IMG/VR virus record: IMGVR_UViG_2507262055_000001 | Source of the DNA: a virus | Lineage: Duplodnaviria; Caudoviricetes | Length of the DNA stretch: 64,000 nucleotides | Strand: one strand, 5' to 3' | Part shown: positions 54,489 to 63,873 of the stretch, piece after piece | Layout: each line of letters opens with the position of its first letter | How positions within the stretch are numbered: position 1 is the stretch's first letter | The notes under the pieces: generated by a model | Told to the model about the DNA's origin: nothing | What the model saw: the letters and a program-made list of their open reading frames with translations, nothing else | The model's database searches: none | Made by a program: the position numbers and the translations under genes

Positions 54489-54988
54489 GGGTCTTATCCC
54501 TGAACTTCCGCCAGGCCCTGTTTGCGCAGCAGTCGGGCGAGGTCCCGATTTTCCTGCTGACCATCACGCATCCGCAGCTTGCGAATCCGATCCTCTTGAC
54601 GACCGATCCGACGACGCGGATCACGACAGATCCGCTGGTTTACGGCACGGTGTCGCGCGGCGAGACCTATCTCTTTGCCGGCGTCGACATCACCTTGCCG
54701 GACGAGCAGGACAAGTCGCCACCGGCCTCGAAGCTGTCGATCCAGAACGTCACGCGCGACCTGATCCCGCTGGCGCGCTCGGTCGCGACGCCGCCGCAGG
54801 TACTGATCGAGGCCGTCCTGGCCTCAGCCCCCGATACGGTCGAGACCACTTTTGCGACGTTCGACATGGCCAATCTGGTCGCGGACGCCGCCATGCTGAA
54901 TTTCGACCTGACCATCGACGCGCTGGCGACCGAGCCGTACCCGTCCGGCACGTTCTCGCCGGCCTCGTTTCCCGGACTGTTCTATTGA
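54485..54988 (+). CDS. DUF1833 / gpL-like tail tip protein
   Basis: LLTITHP, LPDEQDKSPPASKLSIQNV, LATEPYPSGTFSPASFPGLF; TTG start. Confidence 0.75.
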   Translation: MRVLSLNFRQALFAQQSGEVPIFLLTITHPQLANPILLTTDPTTRITTDPLVYGTVSRGETYLFAGVDITLPDEQDKSPPASKLSIQNVTRDLIPLARSVATPPQVLIEAVLASAPDTVETTFATFDMANLVADAAMLNFDLTIDALATEPYPSGTFSPASFPGLFY

Positions 54989-55389
54989 GCAAGGCGTTCG
55001 AGCCCTATGTCGGCATTCCCTATCTCGAGCGCGGCCGGAGCATCTCCGGCTGCGATTGCTACGGCCTGGTGCGACTGGTGCTGGCCGAGCTGCGGGGCGC
55101 CGAGCTGCCGTCCTTTGTCGAGGCCTACGTCTCAGCAACCGACCGCGCCGCGCTGGCGCGGTTGATCGCAGGCGAGATCGCGCCATGGCAGCCCGTTGCG
55201 TTCGGCGAGGAGCGGCCCTTCGACGGCGTGCTGATGCGGGCAGGGCGGCTGTTGTCCCATATCGGCCTGGTGGTCGAGCCGGGGCGGCTGCTGCACGTCA
55301 GCGAGGGCGAAGAGTCCAGGATCGAGCGCTATCGTGCACCGCCGCTCAGCCATCGCGTCGTCGGGTTCTACAGGTGGCAGGCCGTATGA
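54985..55389 (+). CDS. NlpC/P60 (gpK-like) tail tip peptidase
   Basis: YVGIPY..RGRS..GCDCYGLV (Cys) and SHIGLVV...LLHV (His). Confidence 0.88.
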   Translation: MSKAFEPYVGIPYLERGRSISGCDCYGLVRLVLAELRGAELPSFVEAYVSATDRAALARLIAGEIAPWQPVAFGEERPFDGVLMRAGRLLSHIGLVVEPGRLLHVSEGEESRIERYRAPPLSHRVVGFYRWQAV

Positions 55390-58300
55390 TGCTTCCGGTT
55401 CGGCAGCTGCACCAGGGCGAGATCCTGTCGCCGGCGGCGACCGTGCGCGTCATCGGGCGGACCCATCCGCTCGCCGGCGAGCGCGTGGTGCGCGACGTCG
55501 CGGCCGGGCTGTCGATTGCCGAGATCCTCGCGCTTTGCGCCGGTGAGAGCTATGCCGGCGGCTTTATCGTTCATATCAACGGGCACGCGGTCCCGCCGGA
55601 GCATTTTCGAAAGGTGCGGGTCAAGGCGGGCGCGACCGTTACGTTCATGCCGCGGCTGCAGGGCGGCGGCAACGTCTGGCGCACCGTCCTGTCGGCGGTC
55701 ATCGCGGTCACGGCGCTGGTGGTTGCGCCTTATTTGGCGCCCTTCCTTGTCCCGTTGGGGCTGTCGCTCGGTGTTGCCACCGCTCTTGTCGCCGGTGGCA
55801 TCATGCTGGCCGGCACGCTGGCGCTCAACGCGCTGTTTCCGGTGCGGCCGCCGCAGCTCGGCGACAACACCGCTTCGGCCTCGCTCAATTCGATCCAGGG
55901 CGCGCAGAACCAGGCTGCGCCGTTCGGCGCGGTGCCGGTGGTGCTGGGCCGTCACCGCCAGTCGCCGTTCTATGCCGCCAAGCCCTACACCGAGATTGTC
56001 GGCGAGGATCAATATCTCCGGCTGCTGTTCTGTCCCGGCTATGGCCCGCTCGCGATCGACGACTTGCAGATCGGCGAGACGCTGCTGTCGTCCTATTCCA
56101 ATTACGATATCGAGGTGCGCCAGGGCCTTGTCTCGGATGCGGCGGTGACGCTCTATCCCGGTACCGTCGACGAGGTCGCGCTGTCGATCACGCTGGCCAA
56201 TGGCAATGATCCTGCCGGCTCGGATACCGGCACCGGCGGCCCATGGCAGAGCCTGACCACGCCGCCCGACACCGACGAGATCTCGCTCGATTTCGTCGCG
56301 CCGCAGGGCTGCTACCAGGTCAACAGCAACAGCGGCAATGCCGACGAATATCGCGTCACCATCAAGTGCCAGTATCGGCCGGTGGGGACGGTCAGCTGGT
56401 TCAACATGTCGGACGCCGTCTTCAATCGCTCGACCAGCCCGATCAGGCGCGGCGTGCGCGAGGTGGTTGCGCGCGGACAGTACGAGGTGCGCGCCAAGAA
56501 ACAGACCGGCGATGGCCGTGACGACAAGATCAAGGACGAGGTGGCGTGGACCGCGATCCGCTCGCTCAAGAACGCGGCGCCGATCGGCTTTGCCAAGCCG
56601 CTGGCCTTGATCGCCCTGCGGATCCGCGCCAGCGATCAGCTGTCCGGCGTCATCAGCACCCTGAACTGTATCACCACCTCGCTGGTCAAGGCCTATTCCG
56701 GCGCTGGCAATGTGTGGAGCGACGACACCGCCTCGCAATGGCCGCCGGATCTGTTCCGGCATGTGCTGCAGGGCCCGGCCAATGCGCGGCCGGTTGCCGA
56801 TGCCGGCATTGATCTCGGCAATCTGCAGGAATGGTGGGTCTACTGCGTCGCCAACGGTTTCAAATTCAACCAGGTGCTGACATCGGCAGGCTCGGTCTAT
56901 GACAAGCTTGCCGACATCGCCGCAGCTGGCCGCGCCGTTCCGACTTTCATCAACGGCAAATGGGGCGTGATCTGGGACCGGCCGGATGATGCCATCGTGC
57001 AGCACTTCACCCCGCGTAACTCCTGGGGTTTCCAGCTGCAGCACCCCTATGCCCAGCAGCCGCACGGCTGGCGAGTCAGCTTCATCAACGAGGACAACGG
57101 CTTCACGCAGGACGAGCGCATCGTCTACGACGACGGCTACGATGCCACCAATGCGACCCTGTTTGAGGGGTTACAGTTTCCCGGTGTCACCGATCCTGAC
57201 GGCATCTGGAAGCACGGCCGGTTTCATATCGCGCAGTCCCGGCTGCGGCCGGAGAAGATCTCGCTCAATGTCGGCTGGGAGCATCTTGTCTGCACCCGCG
57301 GCGATCGCGTCCGGGTCACTCACGACGTGCTGCTGATCGGGCTCGCTGCGGCCCGGGTCAAGGCAGTTCCGGGTCAGACCATAATGGTGGATGGAATTGA
57401 GGTGACGCTCGGCGCGCAGGAGATCGTGATCGATGAGACCGTCACGATTGAGGCCGGCAAGACCTACGGCATGACCTTCCGCGTCCCCGACGACGTTCGC
57501 ACCATCACCCGCGCCGTCGATGCGGTGATGACGGCTGGCGACTATACCGCGCTGACGCTGGTCGGGGACCTCTCCGGCATTGCCGACGGCGTCCTGGTCG
57601 CCTTCGGCGAGACCGACCGCGCCAGTGCCAATTATCGCGTCCAGGGGATCGCGCACCAGAAAGACCTGATCGCAACCCTGACCCTGGTCGACGATGCCCC
57701 GGAAATATCGCAGGCCGATCAGGGCGAGATCCCGGCCTACAATCCGAACGTCACAATCCCGGCCGATCCGTTCTCGCTGCCTCCGCGCGACCTGCAGTAT
57801 CTCGAGGTGATCGACGGCTATGGTGCTTCGGTCCGCGCCCTTGTGCACCTGTCCTGGCAACTGCCGCGCTTCGGCAATGTCGCATCCTTCGAGGTGCAGC
57901 AGCAGGATAACGATGGCGGCGCGGCCTGGGTGACGGTTGCGTCCGTGCTGCCGCCGAACATGTCGGCGGACGTACCGATTATCGCGGCTGGTGCATGGAG
58001 CTTTCGGGTTCGCTGCGTCTTCACCAACGGCACGGTGTCGGCGTGGACGGCGCTCAACGGGCTGGCTCTGCTCGGACTGTCGTCTGTTCCGGGCGACATC
58101 GTCAACCTGCACCAGCACAGCGTCGATGGCCAGACCGTGCTGGATTGGGACGATGTCACCGATCACCGCCTGGTCTATTACGAGGTCCGCAAAGGCACTT
58201 CGTGGGACACCGGCCTGGTCGTCGGCGATGTCGTCACCCAGCCGCCATGGCCCACCACGGGCGACGGCACCTATCACGTCAGGGCCTATGTGCTGTCGCC

Positions 58301-59219
58301 GTTCGGCGTGCGGATCTACAGCGCTTCCACAGCCTCGATCGCGATCGCCGATTCCATCATCTCGCGCAACATCATCGTCTCCAACGATGAGCAGGCTGCG
58401 GGATGGCCGGGTGGGCTCGATGGCGGCGTCATCGCCGGCAGCTTCATCCGCACCGACGTCGGCGCGGCGATCTCGATGCCTTGGGCGCAGGAGATCGTCG
58501 ACCAGCTCAGCCTCGATGGCCTGCACATCGCGGTCTATCTCTCTTCGGTGATCGTGGACATCGGTCGCGCCGCCGAGTGCCGGTTCTGGACCGAGTACGA
58601 GGCCTCCGGTGTGCTGCAAGGCGAGGATTTTCTGGCGCAGCCGGACGTCCTTGGATCGGGCGATATTCTCGGGACCTCGCCAACACGCTTCATCCAGGCG
58701 TTCCCGATCTGGCGGTTTGCATCCTCGGGCACCAACGACGTCTTTACGCCGACGGACGTGTTTGCGCCGACCGACGTGTTCACGGCGGATGTTGTTTGGG
58801 GGGATTTCGTTGCGATCGCGTCGGGCACGCGGGTCGGTCGGTACTTTCGCGCGGGCTTGGTGCTGATCACCAACGACGCAACCACGGACGCGACCGGCAC
58901 GAAGTTCAGTTGGTTCGTCGACGTGCCCGATCGCAATGACGACTACACCGAGCTCGCCGTGCCGAACACCGGGCTCGAGGTCACCTTCTATAGCGGCGGC
59001 TATGACGCCACGCCCGCGGGCGGGGCCACGCCGGTGCCGTTCAATGGTGGCCCGAACGGGTCAACCGTGCCGCACGTGCAGCGCGCCATCATCAACGGCA
59101 GCAACGGCGACGAGGTCAAGGTCACCAACCTCACGCTGGCGGGCTGCACCGTCCATGTCGTCAACGCCGGCTCCAACGTGACGCGCAGCGGCGTCAATCT
59201 TCTGGTTCGCGGCTTTTAG
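55386..59219 (+). CDS. Central tail fibre / host-specificity protein J (with gpI-like N-terminus)
   Basis: Ubiquitin-like N-terminus plus hydrophobic patch, GAVPVVLGRHRQSP, FNQVL, putative phage tail domain, FnIII repeats (YEVRKGTSW). Confidence 0.9.
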   Translation: MMLPVRQLHQGEILSPAATVRVIGRTHPLAGERVVRDVAAGLSIAEILALCAGESYAGGFIVHINGHAVPPEHFRKVRVKAGATVTFMPRLQGGGNVWRTVLSAVIAVTALVVAPYLAPFLVPLGLSLGVATALVAGGIMLAGTLALNALFPVRPPQLGDNTASASLNSIQGAQNQAAPFGAVPVVLGRHRQSPFYAAKPYTEIVGEDQYLRLLFCPGYGPLAIDDLQIGETLLSSYSNYDIEVRQGLVSDAAVTLYPGTVDEVALSITLANGNDPAGSDTGTGGPWQSLTTPPDTDEISLDFVAPQGCYQVNSNSGNADEYRVTIKCQYRPVGTVSWFNMSDAVFNRSTSPIRRGVREVVARGQYEVRAKKQTGDGRDDKIKDEVAWTAIRSLKNAAPIGFAKPLALIALRIRASDQLSGVISTLNCITTSLVKAYSGAGNVWSDDTASQWPPDLFRHVLQGPANARPVADAGIDLGNLQEWWVYCVANGFKFNQVLTSAGSVYDKLADIAAAGRAVPTFINGKWGVIWDRPDDAIVQHFTPRNSWGFQLQHPYAQQPHGWRVSFINEDNGFTQDERIVYDDGYDATNATLFEGLQFPGVTDPDGIWKHGRFHIAQSRLRPEKISLNVGWEHLVCTRGDRVRVTHDVLLIGLAAARVKAVPGQTIMVDGIEVTLGAQEIVIDETVTIEAGKTYGMTFRVPDDVRTITRAVDAVMTAGDYTALTLVGDLSGIADGVLVAFGETDRASANYRVQGIAHQKDLIATLTLVDDAPEISQADQGEIPAYNPNVTIPADPFSLPPRDLQYLEVIDGYGASVRALVHLSWQLPRFGNVASFEVQQQDNDGGAAWVTVASVLPPNMSADVPIIAAGAWSFRVRCVFTNGTVSAWTALNGLALLGLSSVPGDIVNLHQHSVDGQTVLDWDDVTDHRLVYYEVRKGTSWDTGLVVGDVVTQPPWPTTGDGTYHVRAYVLSPFGVRIYSASTASIAIADSIISRNIIVSNDEQAAGWPGGLDGGVIAGSFIRTDVGAAISMPWAQEIVDQLSLDGLHIAVYLSSVIVDIGRAAECRFWTEYEASGVLQGEDFLAQPDVLGSGDILGTSPTRFIQAFPIWRFASSGTNDVFTPTDVFAPTDVFTADVVWGDFVAIASGTRVGRYFRAGLVLITNDATTDATGTKFSWFVDVPDRNDDYTELAVPNTGLEVTFYSGGYDATPAGGATPVPFNGGPNGSTVPHVQRAIINGSNGDEVKVTNLTLAGCTVHVVNAGSNVTRSGVNLLVRGF

Positions 59220-59231
59220 GAGCATCACGAA

Positions 59232-60677
59232 ATGAAGCGTCAACTTCACCTGATCGCCATCGCGGCGATCGCGGGATCGATCGCGGCCGGCGCCGTGCAG
59301 TCGCTGATCTCGGCCTGGGCCGTGCAGAACGAGTTGGTGCCGCCGACGTCCGGCATCTACACCGGCGTGCAGTACTCGCAAAAGATCGGCGATGCTTTTC
59401 GATCGCTCGCGAGCTGCAACAAAGGCGCAACCGCGCCGGCCAATGTTGGCGGCGCGACGGTCGACGGCCTTTGTTGGATCGACGATTCCCTGACGCCGTG
59501 GAGCGTCAAGCAATATGTCAACGGCGGCTGGGCCGTCACCGGCTACCTCGATCCCTCCAACAGCAGTTTTTCGGGCGTCGTCGGCGGCGGGCTTGGTTCG
59601 ATCGCCTCGGCCTCGACCACGGATCTCGGCTCGGTGCCGCAAGCCAGCGTGACCATCACGGGCACCGCGACGATCTCCGCGTTCGGTTCGGCCGCGCCAG
59701 ATGGTACGATCAAGTTCATTCGGTTTGCTGGCGCGTTGAAGCTTGCCAATTCTGCCGCGCTTGCGGTCCCTGGCGGCTATGACCTGGTCACGGCGGCCGG
59801 CGACCGCGCGATCGTCACACATCTCGGCAGCGGCAGCTGGGAAATTACGCAATACACCCGTGCCAATGGCATTCCGGTCGACGTCGCGTCGGTCGGAAAG
59901 ATCGAGTACGGCAATTTCGAAAGCATCCCGCCGAATAGCGTTTCCGGCTACGGCCAGGCGCTGTCCAGGGCGAGCTATCCGGTTTACCTGGCAAAGGTGA
60001 CGCGGGCGCAGAACGGCACCCGTACCTCCGGCAATGCGACGATCACGGGCATCGCCAACACGGAAGGGTTCGGCCCCGGCATGCCGGTCGAGGGCACCGG
60101 CATCAATGCCGGCTGCATCATCGCGAGCTTCGTTCAGAACACCTCGATCACTCTCAACTCGTCCTCTTGCGTTACTGCGTCGGGGACATCGGCCGTTACT
60201 GTGTTTCTGACGGGCTACGGCGTTTCGGGGAACTCCACCACGGTCGGTGTCAAGGATTGCCGCGGCCGAGCCCTTGCGGGGCGTGATCTCTTCAGAAACG
60301 GCGCTTGGGCAAACCGGCTGACCCCGTCCTATTTTGGTGTGGACTCATCGATATCTGGCATCGCCAATGGTTCGGAATTTCAGACGCTGACCCTCGGCCA
60401 GCTCCCGACTGGGATTACCGTCGCCGGGACCATTCACGTCACCTCGGATCAGGGCAACATCCCGTCGAGCACAACCCAATCGGGTGCGGTCGATGCCACC
60501 AGTGGCACTCGCTGGGGCATCATCGGGCCGGCCTCAGGCACCACGCCTGCGACGATCGGCGACATCACGTCGACCGGTACGGCGCAAACCATGACGTCGA
60601 CGAACACCAGCGGCAATTCGCATCCGATCGTACCTCCGACGCTGATCGCCGACTGCGTCGTTCGCGTGACGCCGTAA
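59232..60677 (+). CDS. Tail fibre with tail-collar-like domain and signal peptide
   Basis: MKRQLHLIAIAAIAGSIAAGAVQSLISAWA/V; YGQALSRASYP...DCRGRALAG collar motif; HPIVPPTL. Confidence 0.7.
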   Translation: MKRQLHLIAIAAIAGSIAAGAVQSLISAWAVQNELVPPTSGIYTGVQYSQKIGDAFRSLASCNKGATAPANVGGATVDGLCWIDDSLTPWSVKQYVNGGWAVTGYLDPSNSSFSGVVGGGLGSIASASTTDLGSVPQASVTITGTATISAFGSAAPDGTIKFIRFAGALKLANSAALAVPGGYDLVTAAGDRAIVTHLGSGSWEITQYTRANGIPVDVASVGKIEYGNFESIPPNSVSGYGQALSRASYPVYLAKVTRAQNGTRTSGNATITGIANTEGFGPGMPVEGTGINAGCIIASFVQNTSITLNSSSCVTASGTSAVTVFLTGYGVSGNSTTVGVKDCRGRALAGRDLFRNGAWANRLTPSYFGVDSSISGIANGSEFQTLTLGQLPTGITVAGTIHVTSDQGNIPSSTTQSGAVDATSGTRWGIIGPASGTTPATIGDITSTGTAQTMTSTNTSGNSHPIVPPTLIADCVVRVTP

Positions 60678-60705
60678 AGCGCCCTCTGGAAAAGGAACAC
60701 TTCGC

Positions 60706-62742
60706 ATGAAGCTGCAACGCCTTCTCGGCGCGGTCTGCGCTGCGCTGCTGCTTGTCGCGCCGCTGCGCGCGGCCGAGCAGTCGAGCTATGTCACGCCGAC
60801 CGCCGGGCCGATGAGCATGGCCACGTTCACGGCGACCTATCTCAATCCGGCACTCCGGGCGCTGGCGGCATGCCACAACGGTTCATCGGCGCCGGCAAAC
60901 GGGCCGAGCAGTGCGCCGATGGCCTATCAGGTCTGGTGCGACACCACGACCAACCCGGCGATCGTCAAGCGCTATGACGGCGCGTCCTGGGTGGCCATCG
61001 GTGCGCTCGATACCGTCTCCCACGCTTGGACGCCGTACCTCACCGGTGGCACCTCCGGCGGCCTGCCTTACTTCTCGAGCACGGGGGTGATGGCGTCCTC
61101 GGCCTTGCTGGCGCAGAACGGTTTTGTCGTCGGCGGTGGCGCTGGTGCGGCGCCGGCCTCGATCGCGGCGTGCACGGCCGACCAGATCGCGTTCGGCCGG
61201 ACCGGAAGCGCGCCGCTGTGCCGCACGGTGACCGGTGACATCAGCTTTGCGACTGGCGTCAGCGCGGTCGGCGCCTCCAAGGTCACCTCGGCGATGCTCA
61301 ATGCCGACGTATTCTCGACCGCGCATAGCTGGTCCGGCCAGCAGACTTTGGTGGCGCCGATCCTGGGCACGCCGGCCTCCGGGACGCTCACCAACGCCAC
61401 GGGCCTGCCGATCGCGACGGGCGTCTCCGGGCTTGGCACCGGCGTCGCTGCGGCGCTCGCGGTCAATACCGGCTCTGCCGGCGCGCCGGTGTTGTTCAAT
61501 GGCGCGTTGGGAGCGCCATCGTCGGGCACGCTGACCAATGCGACGGGGCTGCCGGTGGCGAGCGGCGTCAGTGGGCTTGGGACCGGGGTTGCGACATTTC
61601 TGGCGACGCCGTCCAGCGCGAATCTGCGTGCGGCGTTGACCGACGAGGTCGGGACCGGGGCGGCGTATTTCATCGGCGGCGCGCTGGGCACGCCGGCCTC
61701 GGGCACAGCAACCAATCTGACTGGGCTTCCGATATCGAGCGGACTGACCGGAGCCGGGACGGGGGTTCTCACGGCGCTCGGCACCAACGTCGGCTCCGCC
61801 GGCTCGGTCATCGTGAATGGTGGTGCGCTGGGGACGCCGTCCTCGGGAACGCTAACCAGCGCGACCGGCTTGCCGCTGTCGACCGGCGTCACCGGAACGC
61901 TGCCGCTCAGCAATGGCGGCACCGGCCAGACCACGGCAGCGGCGGCGCGCGCCTCGTCCGGCCTCAATGTCGAGAGCTTCACCGGCCACGGCGACTCCAT
62001 CTACACGATCCTGGCGACCGATCGCACCGTTGGCACCAACGCGGCCTTTACGGCCTCGCGCACCTGGACTCTGCCGGCCGCCAGCGTCGTCAATCCCGGC
62101 CAGGACCTTGTTGTTGCCGACTTCCAGGGCACGGTGACGGGAACCAATACGCTGGTGATCCAGCGCGCCGGCTCTGACACCGTCAACGGCGGCAGTGCGG
62201 TCACGATCTCGGTTGCGAACGGCGCCTATCTCTTCAAGAGCGACGGCGTCTCGAAATGGACCGCGCAATCGATGGGCGCGGCCTCAGGCGGCGGCGTTTC
62301 CAGCGTGACGTGCTTTGGCGTGGCGATAACGAGCTCCGGCACCTGTGCGACGGCCGCAACGAAGTCGGATCAGCAGACCGGCACTTCGACGACGGCGATC
62401 GTCACGCCATCGCAGCAGCAAAGTCATGATAGTGCGCTGAAGGCCTCGGCCGTTATCACGCAGTCTGCCGGGACATACACCCTGGTCGCCGCTCCCGTCA
62501 GCTACGGCGTCGCGTCGATCTCAAAATCATCGACAGGCATCGTGGTGGTGACGCTGAGCACGGCGATGGCGAGTGCTAACTACAAGGTGTTGTGCATGGC
62601 CACCCAGACCACGCCAGTCACCGTCCAGGAAGCGGGCGGAAACAGAACGACGACCACATTCGAGATAAGAATCCAGAGCGTCGGGGCAACCCCCGCCGCA
62701 ACCGACAGTGGATTTTCCTGCGACGTTTCCGGGCGTCAGTGA
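60706..62742 (+). CDS. Side tail fibre with signal peptide and four LGTPxSGTxTNxTGLP repeats
   Basis: MKLQRLLGAVCAALLLVAPLRA/A; Gly/Thr/Ser-rich repeats; RTWTLPAAS...IQRAGSDTVNG fibre motif. Confidence 0.8.
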   Translation: MKLQRLLGAVCAALLLVAPLRAAEQSSYVTPTAGPMSMATFTATYLNPALRALAACHNGSSAPANGPSSAPMAYQVWCDTTTNPAIVKRYDGASWVAIGALDTVSHAWTPYLTGGTSGGLPYFSSTGVMASSALLAQNGFVVGGGAGAAPASIAACTADQIAFGRTGSAPLCRTVTGDISFATGVSAVGASKVTSAMLNADVFSTAHSWSGQQTLVAPILGTPASGTLTNATGLPIATGVSGLGTGVAAALAVNTGSAGAPVLFNGALGAPSSGTLTNATGLPVASGVSGLGTGVATFLATPSSANLRAALTDEVGTGAAYFIGGALGTPASGTATNLTGLPISSGLTGAGTGVLTALGTNVGSAGSVIVNGGALGTPSSGTLTSATGLPLSTGVTGTLPLSNGGTGQTTAAAARASSGLNVESFTGHGDSIYTILATDRTVGTNAAFTASRTWTLPAASVVNPGQDLVVADFQGTVTGTNTLVIQRAGSDTVNGGSAVTISVANGAYLFKSDGVSKWTAQSMGAASGGGVSSVTCFGVAITSSGTCATAATKSDQQTGTSTTAIVTPSQQQSHDSALKASAVITQSAGTYTLVAAPVSYGVASISKSSTGIVVVTLSTAMASANYKVLCMATQTTPVTVQEAGGNRTTTTFEIRIQSVGATPAATDSGFSCDVSGRQ

Positions 62743-62936
62743 GTTTGGGCGCACCGAAGCGCGGCGGCTGCTCCGGCGAACTGACAGAAATGCGCGGTCG
62801 CGGTGGCGCTTCCATAGGTGGTCGTGGGTGCGAATGCTGCGAGGGACATCGTGAGCAAAAGCGGAAGGCATATTCCGCAGGCCGCTGCCGCCAGCCCGAC
62901 AACGGCTCCCGTCAATATTGCAGCTTGCTCGTCCAT
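62736..62936 (-). CDS. Small hydrophobic antisense protein (possible moron)
   Basis: MDEQAAILTGAVVGLAAAACGICLPLLLTMSLAAF with G-rich SD. Confidence 0.35.
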   Translation of the reverse strand: MDEQAAILTGAVVGLAAAACGICLPLLLTMSLAAFAPTTTYGSATATAHFCQFAGAAAALRCAQTH

Positions 62937-63093
62937 GTTGTCCCCCCAGCCGCGCGCAACCTGAATCGGAATGGCCTGAAAGTCAAGGGTTGGTCGGGAA
63001 AACCCGCCAGACCAAGTGGCGCGCCGACGCTGTTCCAGCTCAGGGAACTCTCGATATGCCGCCATCGCGGCATCTTCAGAAGGAGCTAAACCA

Positions 63094-63873
63094 ATGACCT
63101 ACAGCCTGACCTGGCTGCCCGGCGTGCTGCGCGACGCTGGCCTCGAGGTGCTCGAACATCCCGGCTGGCAAACCCGCGGCCATGGCGATATGGGCAAGGT
63201 GCAGGGCGTGTTGTGCCACCACACCTGCGGGCCGCTGCATGGCGATCTGCCCGACATCAATGTGCTGGTCGACGGCCGGCCGGATCTCGGCGGCCCGCTC
63301 TGCAATCTCGGCCTCGGCCGTTCGGGAAAGGTCTACATGATCGCGGCCGGCAAGGGCTGGCACGCCGGCGCCGGATCCTGGCAGGGCGTCACCGACGGCA
63401 ATTCACACTTCATCGGCATCGAGGCCGAGAACACCGGCGAGACCAAGGGCCCGCGCGCCGAGGCGTGGCCCGACGTGCAGATGACGGCCTATATGCGGGT
63501 CTGCGCCGCGATCATCACGCACATCGGCGCCGGTGTGGGCATGGTCGCTGGCCACAAGGAATATGCACGTCCGCTCGGCCGCAAGGACGACCCCAGCTTC
63601 GACATGGTGATGTTCCGCGCCGGCGTTGCCCAGAAGGTCGCGAACAAGCCGGTCGCGGCGCAGGTGCCGCACCAGGCCGCAGGCGCCGGCACCGTCAACA
63701 TCGACGGCCTCAACGTCCGCTCCAACGCTTCGGCGGCCTCGACCATCGTCGGCGTGCTGTTCAAGGGCGACAAAGTCGAGGTCAGCGGCGAGGTGATGAA
63801 CGGCACCAGCAAATGGCTGCGCGTCGCCGGCGGCTACGTCGCCGCGCGCTATGTGGACGTTGCGGCGGGCTGA
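63094..63873 (+). CDS. Endolysin: N-acetylmuramoyl-L-alanine amidase (Amidase_2) with C-terminal SH3 domain
   Basis: LCHHT, AGKGWHAG, IGIEAEN, GHKEYARP.GRKDDP; LNVRS...GYVAARYV SH3b. Confidence 0.93.
   Translation: MTYSLTWLPGVLRDAGLEVLEHPGWQTRGHGDMGKVQGVLCHHTCGPLHGDLPDINVLVDGRPDLGGPLCNLGLGRSGKVYMIAAGKGWHAGAGSWQGVTDGNSHFIGIEAENTGETKGPRAEAWPDVQMTAYMRVCAAIITHIGAGVGMVAGHKEYARPLGRKDDPSFDMVMFRAGVAQKVANKPVAAQVPHQAAGAGTVNIDGLNVRSNASAASTIVGVLFKGDKVEVSGEVMNGTSKWLRVAGGYVAARYVDVAAG

Noticed and set aside
59232-62742. Diversity-generating retroelement or invertible fibre cassette
   Set aside because: No reverse transcriptase or invertase, and no template/variable repeat pair or inverted crossover sites were seen.
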